Notes under the pieces: generated by a model
The model's input: only the letters and a program-made list of their open reading frames with translations
What the model was told of the DNA's origin: nothing
Databases searched by the model: none
Translations under genes and position numbers: made by a program
In this document: positions 28,068-35,380 of the stretch, piece after piece
Numbering within the stretch: the stretch's first letter is position 1
Layout: every line of letters begins with the position of its first letter
DNA from: an uncultured Gammaproteobacteria bacterium
GTDB taxonomy: Bacteria > Patescibacteriota > Microgenomatia > PFEM01 > JAPLYW01
Direction: 5' to 3'
NCBI GenBank assembly: GCA_964591885.1
Contig: CAZQCJ010000053.1
Span: forward strand, 1 to 35,380
Length of the DNA stretch: 35,380 bases

Positions 28068-28096
28068 ATGATAAAACTCAAAATATCAAAAGTCAA
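28068..28096 (-). promoter_or_regulatory. Candidate sigma70-type promoter TTGACT-17-TATCAT for the 97-aa gene
   Basis: Minus strand -35 at 28096..28091 and -10 at 28073..28068, with a 17-nt spacer. This predicts a leader of about 108 nt. Confidence 0.4.
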
Positions 28097-28195
28097 ATAA
28101 TATAATATCGACATTCCTTAGAGAGTATTTTTGATTTATAATAGGGTTAGGATTTAGGATTATTTTGTTTCTGTAAAAATAATTTAAAACAAAAA

Positions 28196-28224
28196 TTGAC
28201 TTTCTTTTAAATTTTTTATATCAT
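28196..28224 (+). promoter_or_regulatory. Candidate sigma70-type promoter TTGACT-17-TATCAT for the small membrane protein gene
   Basis: -35 at 28196..28201 and -10 at 28219..28224, with a 17-nt spacer. This predicts a leader of about 180 nt. Confidence 0.42.
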
Positions 28225-28412
28225 CCAGTCATTAAAGAGTTAATCTGAATTGCGGAGAAAATTCTTTTAGATATTTATCATTTTTTGTTCTTTACAAACT
28301 AAATAAAAGAGGAGACGACATAAACTTTTTTGAAAATTTTATTGTTTGTTTTTTCGTCAACATATTTTTCGGAAAAAATATTAAAAAATTTAAAAACAAA
28401 GAGGTGATTAGA

Positions 28413-28718
28413 ATGAATTTTCTATCTTTCGAAAATCAAAGGAAAAGATTTAAAGACTGGTGGAAAAATAATCAAGAAAATGTAGAAGACGAATTAACCC
28501 GTGTTGCCGCTGTATTAGCCATAATTATTCTCTCTCCACTTTTAATTATAGTGTTAATTGCTATGTTGATAATGACTATCAATATCGCAGAGTTAAAGAA
28601 AATTTTCAAAAATTTAGGGGAGAAAATAAAATCTAGGCTTGAAATAATCCTTTGGTATCTGCTTTTCCCGATAGGATTAATCTTGGTGTTAAAAAACAAA
28701 GGATTCCCTGACGAATAA
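28413..28718 (+). CDS. Hypothetical small membrane protein (2 TM), orphan
   Basis: The AAGAGGTGAT SD sequence overlaps the track start GTG 28404, so ATG 28413 is favoured. Two hydrophobic helices (VAAVLAIIILSPLLIIVLIAMLIM and ILWYLLFPIGLILVL). Confidence 0.6.
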   Translation: MNFLSFENQRKRFKDWWKNNQENVEDELTRVAAVLAIIILSPLLIIVLIAMLIMTINIAELKKIFKNLGEKIKSRLEIILWYLLFPIGLILVLKNKGFPDE

Positions 28719-28735
28719 AGAACAAGCGTTTACCT

Positions 28736-28789
28736 AGCCGGAGAGGTTATCTAAAGATTTTTTAGAAATCACAGCTCCGGCTTTTTTTA
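28736..28789 (+). terminator. Two-tier hairpin terminator
   Basis: AGCCGGAG-31 nt (inner hairpin TCTAAA/TTTAGA)-CTCCGGCT followed by TTTTTTAT. Confidence 0.62.
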
Positions 28790-28807
28790 TGGTAATATAA
28801 ATTTATA

Positions 28808-29296
28808 ATGAATCTTGCCGATTTTAATATTTTTAATCAACTTTCACCAGAACTATCAACTCTTTTAATTGCCATGATTCCTATCGGCGAACTTCGAGCT
28901 TCTATTCCGATTGCTCTAACTGTCTACCATTTATCGCCCTTGAAAGCTTTTTTTTGGTCTGTTTTGGGAAATATAATTCCTGCGTTTCTTCTCCTTTGGC
29001 TCCTAAATCCCTTAACCATCTTTTTAGAAAAACATTTTTATCTTTTAAATCGCTTTTTTTCTTGGCTTTTTGAAAGAACACGCAAAAAACATTCCCAGAA
29101 ATTTGAATATTGGGGGGCTTTGGCTTTGATTGGTTTTGTCGCTATTCCTTTACCTATAACCGGGGTCTGGTCAGGAACAGTTGCTGCTTTTGTTTTTGGT
29201 ATTCCCTATAGAAAAAGTGTTTTAATGATTAGCTTAGGAGCCATTATTGCCGGTATTATCGTCAGCTTAATTAGTTTGGGAGTTTCGAAAATTTAG
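28808..29296 (+). CDS. Small multidrug-export-like membrane protein (COG2426 / Sm_multidrug_ex-like)
   Basis: 162 aa with 4-5 TM segments. The MIPIGELRASIPIAL motif is typical of this family. Confidence 0.65.
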   Translation: MNLADFNIFNQLSPELSTLLIAMIPIGELRASIPIALTVYHLSPLKAFFWSVLGNIIPAFLLLWLLNPLTIFLEKHFYLLNRFFSWLFERTRKKHSQKFEYWGALALIGFVAIPLPITGVWSGTVAAFVFGIPYRKSVLMISLGAIIAGIIVSLISLGVSKI

Positions 29297-29300
29297 ATTT

Positions 29301-30527
29301 ATGATTCCTGTCCAGAAAAATAAAAAAAGAAAAAGTTTCTCCAAATTATGCCACGGTATTATTACCGGCGCAGCTGGCAATGACCCAGCCGGGATTACCA
29401 CCTACAGTGTTGTAGGAGCAAGTACCGGCTTAAGTCAACTTTTTTTGGTCCCTCTTTCAACTGTTTTACTCATTACTATTCAATCAATTTGCGCCCGTAT
29501 TGGCGATGTTAAAAAGAAAGGTTTAGCTTCAATTATTCAAGAACGTTTTGGTCAAAAGGTTACCTTTTTAGCAATGATTTTTCTTATTTTGGCTAATTTA
29601 ACTACCATGGGGGCTGATTTTGCGGCTATTGGGACTGCTTTTGCCATTATTTTTCCTAAAATAAATATCATTTTCATCCTTCCTTTAATCTCTCTTCTTG
29701 TTTGGTATGTTGTTGTTTTCAAAAGCTATCAAGTCTTAACCAAATTCTTACTTTTATTGGCTTTAATTTTTATTTCCTATATTATTTCCGGTTTTTTGGC
29801 TAAACCCGATTGGGTCTTAGTCTTAAAAAATACTTTTGTGCCACAAATTGTTTTTTCTTATAAATTTTATTGGCTAGCTATGGTTGGTTTTCTGGGAACA
29901 ACCATTGCTCCTTATCTTTTTTTCTGGCAAGTCAGTGAAGAAGTTGACGACAAACCCTGCGTTAAAGATGCTAAAACTGAAGTTAAAGAAAACGCACCAG
30001 GCCTTATTTTTTCCAATCTTATCGCTTATTTTATTATTATCTGTACAGCTACTGTCTTGTTTAATAGAAATATTAGCATTAGTTCAGCTCATGAGGTAGC
30101 TTTGGCTTTAAGACCTTTCTTGGGAGCCAATGCTTCTTTATTTTTTGCCTTAGGAATTGTTGGCGCTGGACTTTTAGCTTTGCCTGTTTTAGCTTCTTCA
30201 ACAGCTTATGCTGTTGCTGAAACCTTTAAATGGAAAGAGGGTTTGACAAAAAATCCTTCTAAAGCCAGAGGTTTTTATACTGTTTTATCATCAACTTTTT
30301 TGGTTGCTTTAGCTATTTCTTTGTTGAAGATAAATCCGGTTAAAATTCTTTTTTATTCTCAAGTTTTTAGTGGTATGTTAGCCCCGTTTCTATTGGTTTT
30401 AATTATGATTATTGCCGGTAGTAGAAAGATAATGGGGAATTATCGAAATGGTTTTTGGTCTAATTTTTTTGGTTGGTTAGCTACTTTAATAATGTTTTTG
30501 GCGGCTTTGGCAGTTTTTATAAGCTAA
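29301..30527 (+). CDS. NRAMP-family divalent metal cation transporter
   Basis: 408 aa with about 11 TM segments. N-terminal GAAGNDPAGITTYSVVGASTG (DPxG-type motif) and a central FFWQVSEE segment. Confidence 0.8.
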   Translation: MIPVQKNKKRKSFSKLCHGIITGAAGNDPAGITTYSVVGASTGLSQLFLVPLSTVLLITIQSICARIGDVKKKGLASIIQERFGQKVTFLAMIFLILANLTTMGADFAAIGTAFAIIFPKINIIFILPLISLLVWYVVVFKSYQVLTKFLLLLALIFISYIISGFLAKPDWVLVLKNTFVPQIVFSYKFYWLAMVGFLGTTIAPYLFFWQVSEEVDDKPCVKDAKTEVKENAPGLIFSNLIAYFIIICTATVLFNRNISISSAHEVALALRPFLGANASLFFALGIVGAGLLALPVLASSTAYAVAETFKWKEGLTKNPSKARGFYTVLSSTFLVALAISLLKINPVKILFYSQVFSGMLAPFLLVLIMIIAGSRKIMGNYRNGFWSNFFGWLATLIMFLAALAVFIS

Positions 30528-30533
30528 AGCTTT

Positions 30534-31148
30534 TTAATATTTGCGGATGACGCCCACGACTTTACCTTGAATCTGGACGTCTTTGGCAAAGATTGGCGTC
30601 ATTTGAGAATTAGCCGGTTCCAAGCGAACGCGAGTAGCTTCCTTAAAAAAACGTTTTAGAGTAGCAAAACCATTTTCTAAAATAGCCACGACAATCTCTC
30701 CATTACTAGCTGCTTCTTTTTGTTCAATCACAACAAAGTCGCCATCAAGGATACCGTCTTCAATCATAGAATTGCCTTTAACTTGTAGAACATAAGCTCT
30801 TTTTTTACCAGAGAGCATTCCCGGAGGAACTGGAAGGGAAGCGTTTGGATCAGTAAAAGGTTCAATTGGCTGTCCAGCGGCAATTAGACCCAAAACCGGC
30901 AACTCAACTTCATTCTTTGATAAAGAGATCTCTTGATTAATAATTTCAATACCACGGACTGAACCTTTGTAACGTTTAATAAGGCCTTTTTTAACCATTG
31001 TTGTTAGATGCTCGTGAACAGTAGCTAAGGAAGAAACGCCTAAAGCGCGGGCAATATCCGTTAAAGTTGGTGAAAAACCATTTTTTTGAATATATTGACG
31101 GATAAAGTCTAGAATTTGTTTTTGGCGTTTGTAAAGAATAACAGGCAT
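30534..31148 (-). CDS. lexA: LexA repressor (S24 autopeptidase)
   Basis: Winged HTH (LTDIARALGVSSLATVHEHL), Ala-Gly cleavage site (LIAAGQPIE), catalytic Ser in KGNSM and Lys in TLKRF. Confidence 0.93.
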   Translation of the reverse strand: MPVILYKRQKQILDFIRQYIQKNGFSPTLTDIARALGVSSLATVHEHLTTMVKKGLIKRYKGSVRGIEIINQEISLSKNEVELPVLGLIAAGQPIEPFTDPNASLPVPPGMLSGKKRAYVLQVKGNSMIEDGILDGDFVVIEQKEAASNGEIVVAILENGFATLKRFFKEATRVRLEPANSQMTPIFAKDVQIQGKVVGVIRKY

Positions 31149-31156
31149 CTACCCTA

Positions 31157-31208
31157 ATATTACCCGAAACTTAAAATTCTTGTCAAGAGGTAAATTTTCC
31201 TTTAAGAT
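31157..31208. promoter_or_regulatory. Back-to-back divergent promoters sharing palindrome TCTTGTCAAGA
   Basis: Plus strand: TTGTCA (31180-85)-17-TAAGAT (31203-08), then 6 nt to GTG 31215. Minus strand: TTGACA (31186-81)-18-TAATAT (31162-57), then 8 nt to the lexA ATG. Confidence 0.42.
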
Positions 31209-31214
31209 AAAGAA

Positions 31215-33041
31215 GTGAAGAAAATCTGCTGTTTATTTTTTATTTACTTTTTGTCAGGAATTATTTTTTTCTCTCTTCTTTCTAAAATTCAAGCCGCAGA
31301 TGAAATTGAAACAAAATATGATTTTTATTATCGCGTTAATCCTAATGGGGTAGTTAATGTCTCACAAAAAATCAGTTTGACTAATAAGATTTCCGCTGTT
31401 TATGCTTCCCAATACTCTTTTGCTTTACCAATGACAGCTGTTAAAAATATTAAAGCTTTTGATGGCGAAGGCCCTTGCCGTACAGAGGTCAAACAAGAAA
31501 GTAATTCAACTTTAATCACGGTTTATTTTAACCAGCAAGTTGTTGGTATTGAAAAAACTTTAACTTTTAATTTAGATTTTGACAGCTTGGAAACAGCTCA
31601 AAAAGAAGGTGATGTTTGGGAAATTATTATTCCCAAAATTGCTAATTTAAATCATGTTGATGATTATAATCTGACTTTGGCTATTCCGGTTTCTTTTGGC
31701 AATCCGGCCTTTATCCGGCCTTCGCCAATTGAAGAAAAAGATGAAGATAATTTTAAGGTTTATCGTTTTGTTAAAAGTCAAAATATTGAGGGTGGTGTCT
31801 TAGCCACATTCGGCCTTTTCCAAACTTTCGACTTTACCCTCTTTTACCATCTGCAAAATCCCAACCTCTCTTCGGGCGAAACAGAAATTGCTTTGCCGCC
31901 AGATACGGCTTTTCAACAAATATCTTATCAAAAAATTGAGCCGAAACCTATCAATATTCGTGTTGATGAGGATGGCAATTGGCTGGCTAAATACCGCCTA
32001 AAGCCTAAAGAAAAGATAAAAATTACCCTAACTGGACAAGTTAAAATTTTAGCTAAACCACAACAAGGTTTTCCTTCACCTAATAGCCAAATTTTGGAAA
32101 AAAATCTACAACCTGATACTTTTTGGGAAGTTAACGACCCTCAAATTAAAGAATTAGCTTCTAAACTAAAGACAGCTAGGGCTATTTACGATTTTATTGT
32201 TGAAAATTTAAATTATAATTTTGAGCGGGTCGGAGAGGAACCTCAACGATTAGGAGCTATTCAGACTTTAAACAATCCAGACCAAGCAATTTGCATGGAA
32301 TTTAGTGATCTCTTTGTAGCTTTGGCCAGAGCAGCGGGTATTCCGGCTCGAGCTGTGGATGGTTTTGCCTATACTGAAGACAGTCGTCTGCGTCCTTTAA
32401 GCTTGATGATTGACGTTCTTCATGTTTGGCCGGAATATTATGATGAAGATAAAAAAGCCTGGATTCCGGTTGACCCCACCTGGGGAAAGACTACTGGCGG
32501 CATCGACTATTTTTCTCAAACTGATTTACGACATTTTGCTTTTGCTATCCACGGAGAAAATAGCCAGACTCCTTACCCAGCCGGCTCTTATAAACTTCCG
32601 GGCTCCCTAGGAAAGGATATCCAAGTCGCTTTTGGTGACTATCAGCAGGAAAAATCAACCCCGGATCTTAAATTAACTTTTAATCTGCCAGAAAAGATTT
32701 TTTGGGGAAAGAGTAAAAAAGGAGAAATTTTAATCCAGAATAAAGGGCAAAAGGCAGCTTATGAAGTTGGAGTTGAAATTGAAAACCAGGGGTTAGATTT
32801 AATCTCATTTTATGATAAAGAAATCAAAATCATACCGCCTTTTTCCTCAAGAGAAATTCAACTCGAAATGACAACTAAAAATATTTTCGGTAATAAAGGT
32901 AAGATTAAGGTTTGGCTAAATGGTCAAGAATCAGAAACTGAAATTGAAGTTGGTTCACTAATCGAACAAATTCTTCTCCCTATCAGCGGCGGTTTATTAA
33001 CTTTAATAACTCTTTTTATTCTTTTAAGAAAAAAGTTTTGA
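31215..33041 (+). CDS. Transglutaminase-like (Cys-His-Asp core) envelope protein with signal peptide and C-terminal TM anchor
   Basis: Signal peptide (MKKICCLFFIYFLSGIIFFSLLSKIQA). Core QAICMEFSDLFVALARAAGIPAR...HVWPEYYD...WIPVDPTW. C-terminal hydrophobic LLPISGGLLTLITLFILL segment. GTG start. Confidence 0.82.
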   Translation: MKKICCLFFIYFLSGIIFFSLLSKIQAADEIETKYDFYYRVNPNGVVNVSQKISLTNKISAVYASQYSFALPMTAVKNIKAFDGEGPCRTEVKQESNSTLITVYFNQQVVGIEKTLTFNLDFDSLETAQKEGDVWEIIIPKIANLNHVDDYNLTLAIPVSFGNPAFIRPSPIEEKDEDNFKVYRFVKSQNIEGGVLATFGLFQTFDFTLFYHLQNPNLSSGETEIALPPDTAFQQISYQKIEPKPINIRVDEDGNWLAKYRLKPKEKIKITLTGQVKILAKPQQGFPSPNSQILEKNLQPDTFWEVNDPQIKELASKLKTARAIYDFIVENLNYNFERVGEEPQRLGAIQTLNNPDQAICMEFSDLFVALARAAGIPARAVDGFAYTEDSRLRPLSLMIDVLHVWPEYYDEDKKAWIPVDPTWGKTTGGIDYFSQTDLRHFAFAIHGENSQTPYPAGSYKLPGSLGKDIQVAFGDYQQEKSTPDLKLTFNLPEKIFWGKSKKGEILIQNKGQKAAYEVGVEIENQGLDLISFYDKEIKIIPPFSSREIQLEMTTKNIFGNKGKIKVWLNGQESETEIEVGSLIEQILLPISGGLLTLITLFILLRKKF

Positions 33042-33073
33042 CACTCTTTCCAATTTATTGTTAAATAAATCTA

Positions 33074-33484
33074 ATGAGTTTAATTAAAAAATATCTACGT
33101 CTTTTTTTAGTCAATTTCTTGGCTCTTTGGCTAGTAGGCCGTTTTATTCCTGGTGTTCACTTTATCGAGGGCTATGAAAGCATCGCTTTGACTGCCTTAG
33201 TTTTAACTCTGGTTGGCTTTTTAATTAAACCTCTTATTGGTTTACTTCTTTTACCAATTAATCTTCTTACCCTTGGTGCTTTCCGCTGGCTAATTAATGT
33301 TATTACTCTCTGGCTGGTAACTCTGCTTGTCCCCCAATTTAAAATCTCTGCTTTTATCTTTGAAAGTTTTAGCTATAAAGGCTTTGTTGTTCCTCAAATG
33401 TCTCTTAATATCTTTTGGGCTTACGTTTTGGTTTCTTTAGCCTTGAGTTTGATAAATACCTTCATTCTTTGGCTAACTAAATAG
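33074..33484 (+). CDS. 4-TM membrane protein of the Phage_holin_4_2 / DUF360 type
   Basis: 136 aa. The LVNFLALWLVGRFIPGVHF ... LIKPLIGLLLLPINLLTLGAFRWLINVITLWL pattern matches this family. Confidence 0.6.
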   Translation: MSLIKKYLRLFLVNFLALWLVGRFIPGVHFIEGYESIALTALVLTLVGFLIKPLIGLLLLPINLLTLGAFRWLINVITLWLVTLLVPQFKISAFIFESFSYKGFVVPQMSLNIFWAYVLVSLALSLINTFILWLTK

Positions 33485-33507
33485 TTTTTATGTTATAATT
33501 CCTAATA

Positions 33508-33720
33508 ATGATTTTTCTTTCAGTCCAAATTTTTATTGCTGTCTTGTTAATAACGGCTATTTTAATGCAAGCTAGAGGAGCTGGATTAGGTGAAGCTTGG
33601 GGGGGGTCTTCGGATTTTTTTACTTCCCGTCGTGGCATGGAAAAAATTATTTTCCTAACAACCGTCATTTTAGCAATCCTTTTCCTTCTCATTTCCATCA
33701 TCAATTTGGTATTAAAGTAA
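33508..33720 (+). CDS. secG: Preprotein translocase subunit SecG
   Basis: 70 aa with two TM helices. ILMQARGAGLGEAWGGSS is the SecG glycine-rich loop. Confidence 0.85.
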   Translation: MIFLSVQIFIAVLLITAILMQARGAGLGEAWGGSSDFFTSRRGMEKIIFLTTVILAILFLLISIINLVLK

Positions 33721-33723
33721 AAA

Positions 33724-35067
33724 ATGTTTAAGAGGTTTTTTCGTAAATTTCGCTTTTACCAACGTATTATGGTGGCTTTTTGGTACCAAAGAAAAAAACT
33801 AGTTATCTCTAGTTTTTTGTTGGGAGTAGGTACTTTTTTCTTATTTTATTACTTTTTTAGCCTCAGCCAGGTAAAAGTTGAAAAAATCGGTATTGTTGGG
33901 AAATTTACTACTAACGAAATACCATTAGAAATCCAAAAGCTAATCAGTGATGGTTTAACCGAAATTGCCGCTGACGGTTCACCTCAACCAGATTTAGTAA
34001 AAGGCTGGGAAACTGGAAATGAAAATAAAGAATATATTTTTACTCTTAAAGACAATCTTTTTTGGCAGAATGGCGAGCCACTTTTAACCTCAGATATCAA
34101 TCTTAAATTTAGCGATGTCGCTTCAACGACTATTGACCATAAAACAATTAAATTCCAATTAAAAGAGCCCTTTTCACCTTTTCCGGTAGTTGTCTCACAA
34201 CCTATTTTTAGAAAGGGTTTTGTTGGCACCGGACCCTATAAAGTCAAAAGCATTGAAAGGAACGGCCAGATTATCGAAAAGCTTGTTTTAGTCCCGGTTA
34301 ACAATAAAAATGAACCAAAAAAGATTTTTCATTTTTACCCAACTGAAAAATCGGCTAGGATTGGTTTTAAGCTAGGTGAGGTTAACCAACTTCAAGAAAT
34401 TGTCAGGCCGGAAGAATTATCCAACTGGGAAAAGGTTGAAATTACTCCGGAGGTTAAAGAAAATCTTTTTGTTGCCGTCTTTTTTAATACTAGTAATCCT
34501 CAACTTGGTGATAAATCAAACCGTCAGGCCTTGGCTTATGCTATTAAGAAAGAATGGGAAACACGAGCTCTTAATTCATTTAATCCTAATTCTTGGGCTT
34601 ATAATGATTCTGTTAAACACTATGATTATGATTTAGAAAACGCCAAAAAACTTTTAGAGCCAGAGGAAGAAACTGAGGGAAAAGAAGTTTTAAAAGAAAT
34701 AGAGCTTTCAACTTTTTCTTCCTTACTACCAATAGCAGAACAGATTAAAAAAGACTGGGAAGAATTAGGGGTCTCTACGAATATTAGAGTTGTTAATGTT
34801 CCTTCTGATGATTATCAGGCTCTTTTAGCAACTCAAGAAATTCCTTCTGACCCTGATCAATATTTTTTTTGGCATTCTACCCAATTAACCAGCAATATCT
34901 CTCATTACAAAAGTCCAAAACTTGATAAGCTTTTGGAAGATGGCCGAAAAGAACTAGACCAGGAAAAAAGAAAAGCCATTTATGCTGATTTCCAGAAATT
35001 TTTAGTTGAAGAAACTCCAGCTGTTTTTCTTTATTATCCCACTGTTTATAATATTTCCAAAAGGTAG
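33724..35067 (+). CDS. ABC-type solute-binding protein, family 5 (peptide/nickel type), TM-anchored
   Basis: N-terminal TM helix, then LTEIAADGSPQPDLVKGWE, TLKDNLFWQNGEPLTSDI, GTGPYKV, NRQALAYAI and a C-terminal IYADFQKFLVEETPAVFLYYP segment. Confidence 0.78.
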   Translation: MFKRFFRKFRFYQRIMVAFWYQRKKLVISSFLLGVGTFFLFYYFFSLSQVKVEKIGIVGKFTTNEIPLEIQKLISDGLTEIAADGSPQPDLVKGWETGNENKEYIFTLKDNLFWQNGEPLLTSDINLKFSDVASTTIDHKTIKFQLKEPFSPFPVVVSQPIFRKGFVGTGPYKVKSIERNGQIIEKLVLVPVNNKNEPKKIFHFYPTEKSARIGFKLGEVNQLQEIVRPEELSNWEKVEITPEVKENLFVAVFFNTSNPQLGDKSNRQALAYAIKKEWETRALNSFNPNSWAYNDSVKHYDYDLENAKKLLEPEEETEGKEVLKEIELSTFSSLLPIAEQIKKDWEELGVSTNIRVVNVPSDDYQALLATQEIPSDPDQYFFWHSTQLTSNISHYKSPKLDKLLEDGRKELDQEKRKAIYADFQKFLVEETPAVFLYYPTVYNISKR

Positions 35068-35103
35068 AATTAGCCTGAAAAGTCTGCTATAATTTTAAAA
35101 CAG

Positions 35104-35184
35104 GCCGAAGTGGCGGAATTGGTAGACGCGCACGGTTCAGGGCCGTGTCCTTTTAGGATGTGGGTTCGACTCCCACCTTCGGCA
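35104..35184 (+). tRNA. tRNA-Leu (anticodon CAG)
   Basis: Acceptor GCCGAAG/CTTCGGC, anticodon stem CACGG/CCGTG, loop TTCAGGG, long variable arm, T-arm GTGGG-TTCGACT-CCCAC. Confidence 0.9.
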
Positions 35185-35200
35185 CTGAATAAAAGAAAAA

Positions 35201-35284
35201 GCGCTCGTGGCGGAATTGGTATACGCGCAAGCTTGAGGAGCTTGGCTCTTTTTGAGCATGAGAGTTCGAGTCTCTCCGAGCGCA
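35201..35284 (+). tRNA. tRNA-Leu (anticodon GAG)
   Basis: Acceptor GCGCTCG/CGAGCGC, anticodon stem CAAGC/GCTTG, loop TTGAGGA, long variable arm, T-arm GAGAG-TTCGAGT-CTCTC. Confidence 0.9.
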
Positions 35285-35288
35285 CTAA

Positions 35289-35362
35289 GGACGAATAGCT
35301 CAGCTGGTTAGAGCGTCTCTCTTACACAGAGAAGGCCAGAGGTTCGAATCCTCTTTCGTCCA
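35289..35362 (+). tRNA. tRNA-Val (anticodon UAC)
   Basis: Acceptor GGACGAA/TTCGTCC, anticodon stem TCTCT/AGAGA, loop CTTACAC, T-arm AGAGG-TTCGAAT-CCTCT. It starts only 4 nt after the preceding tRNA-Leu. Confidence 0.9.
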
Positions 35363-35380
35363 CAAACAATATGTTAAAAT

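Noticed and set aside
27953-28403. The AT-rich 451-bp gap as a replication origin (oriC) or a dif/Xer site
   Set aside because: There are no TTATCCACA-type DnaA boxes, only TTATCA fragments, and no dnaA, dnaN or gyrB neighbours. The AT-rich stretch near 28091-28115 does not align to XerC-arm/6-bp/XerD-arm dif architecture. I found only 8/12 matches on one arm and none on the other.
28231-28403. The long leader of the small membrane protein gene as a known riboswitch
   Set aside because: The sequence is extremely AT-rich, and I could recognise no conserved riboswitch core and no convincing multi-stem junction. An orphan AGAGGAG at 28308-28314 lacks a start codon after it.
31149-31214. Canonical Gram-positive LexA (Cheo) box CGAAC-N4-GTTCG upstream of lexA
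   Set aside because: Only a degenerate GAAAC-TTAA-AATTC is present, matching 10/14 positions as a palindrome. It is not convincing, so the operator is left undefined.
28472-34636. Track ORFs 28472-28699(-), 29884-30099(+), 32410-32610(+), 33477-33704(-), 33984-34229(-) and 34376-34636(+)
   Set aside because: Each is nested in or antisense to a better-supported CDS (the small membrane protein, NRAMP, the transglutaminase-like gene, secG and the solute-binding protein).
35070-35298. Track ORFs 35070-35285(-) and 35110-35298(+)
   Set aside because: They overlap the two tRNA-Leu genes, and their apparent coding potential is a by-product of GC-rich tRNA sequence.
1-35380. CRISPR arrays, IS elements, integrases, prophage or known defence genes
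   Set aside because: There are no spaced direct repeats. No transposase, integrase, reverse-transcriptase or nuclease-NTPase ORFs appear in any frame. Every long ORF is accounted for by housekeeping or envelope functions.
1-35380. Alternative genetic code (UGA recoding, as in some CPR lineages)
   Set aside because: TGA terminates polX (5255-5257), gatB (9769-9771), eno and the transglutaminase-like gene at family-appropriate lengths. Conserved ORFs contain no in-frame TGA.

Overview
This is a compact, visibly AT-rich, mostly plus-strand stretch of housekeeping genes. The content looks like a reduced-genome bacterium, possibly CPR/Patescibacteria-like, but that is inference from gene content and cannot be confirmed without a search. 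The standard genetic code applies, since TGA ends several long conserved ORFs. Recognisable content, in order: a partial GT2 glycosyltransferase; an O-antigen-ligase-like protein; an Ig-like and a LysM envelope protein; polX; lemA-htpX-gatCAB; a GGDEF cyclase; dnaE; rplS; an MBL hydrolase; a secreted glycosidase-like protein; ruvC; a short holA-like gene; a cupin; the lower-glycolysis block ppsA-eno-gpmI-acs; rsmI; an NRAMP transporter; lexA; a transglutaminase-like envelope protein; secG; and an orphan family-5 solute-binding protein. There are eight tRNA genes in three clusters, none encoding a 3' CCA. I see no CRISPR array, transposase, integrase, rRNA or recognisable defence gene, and no complete novel system that I can name. 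The best candidates for something undescribed are: (1) a self-contained islet at 27.56-28.79 kb, with the largest non-coding gap in the window, twin divergent promoters carrying identical hexamers, long leaders and two orphan small proteins; (2) a two-gene operon of small helical proteins next to a dense AATTAGATT operator-like array shared with ruvC; (3) a GGDEF gene whose N-terminus is split off by a frame change in an A8 tract; (4) lexA placed back-to-back with a transglutaminase-like gene through a palindrome holding both -35 boxes; (5) recurrent extended -10 boxes 6-8 nt upstream of start codons, suggesting leaderless mRNAs. All functional calls come from reading motifs in the translations, and no database search was run.
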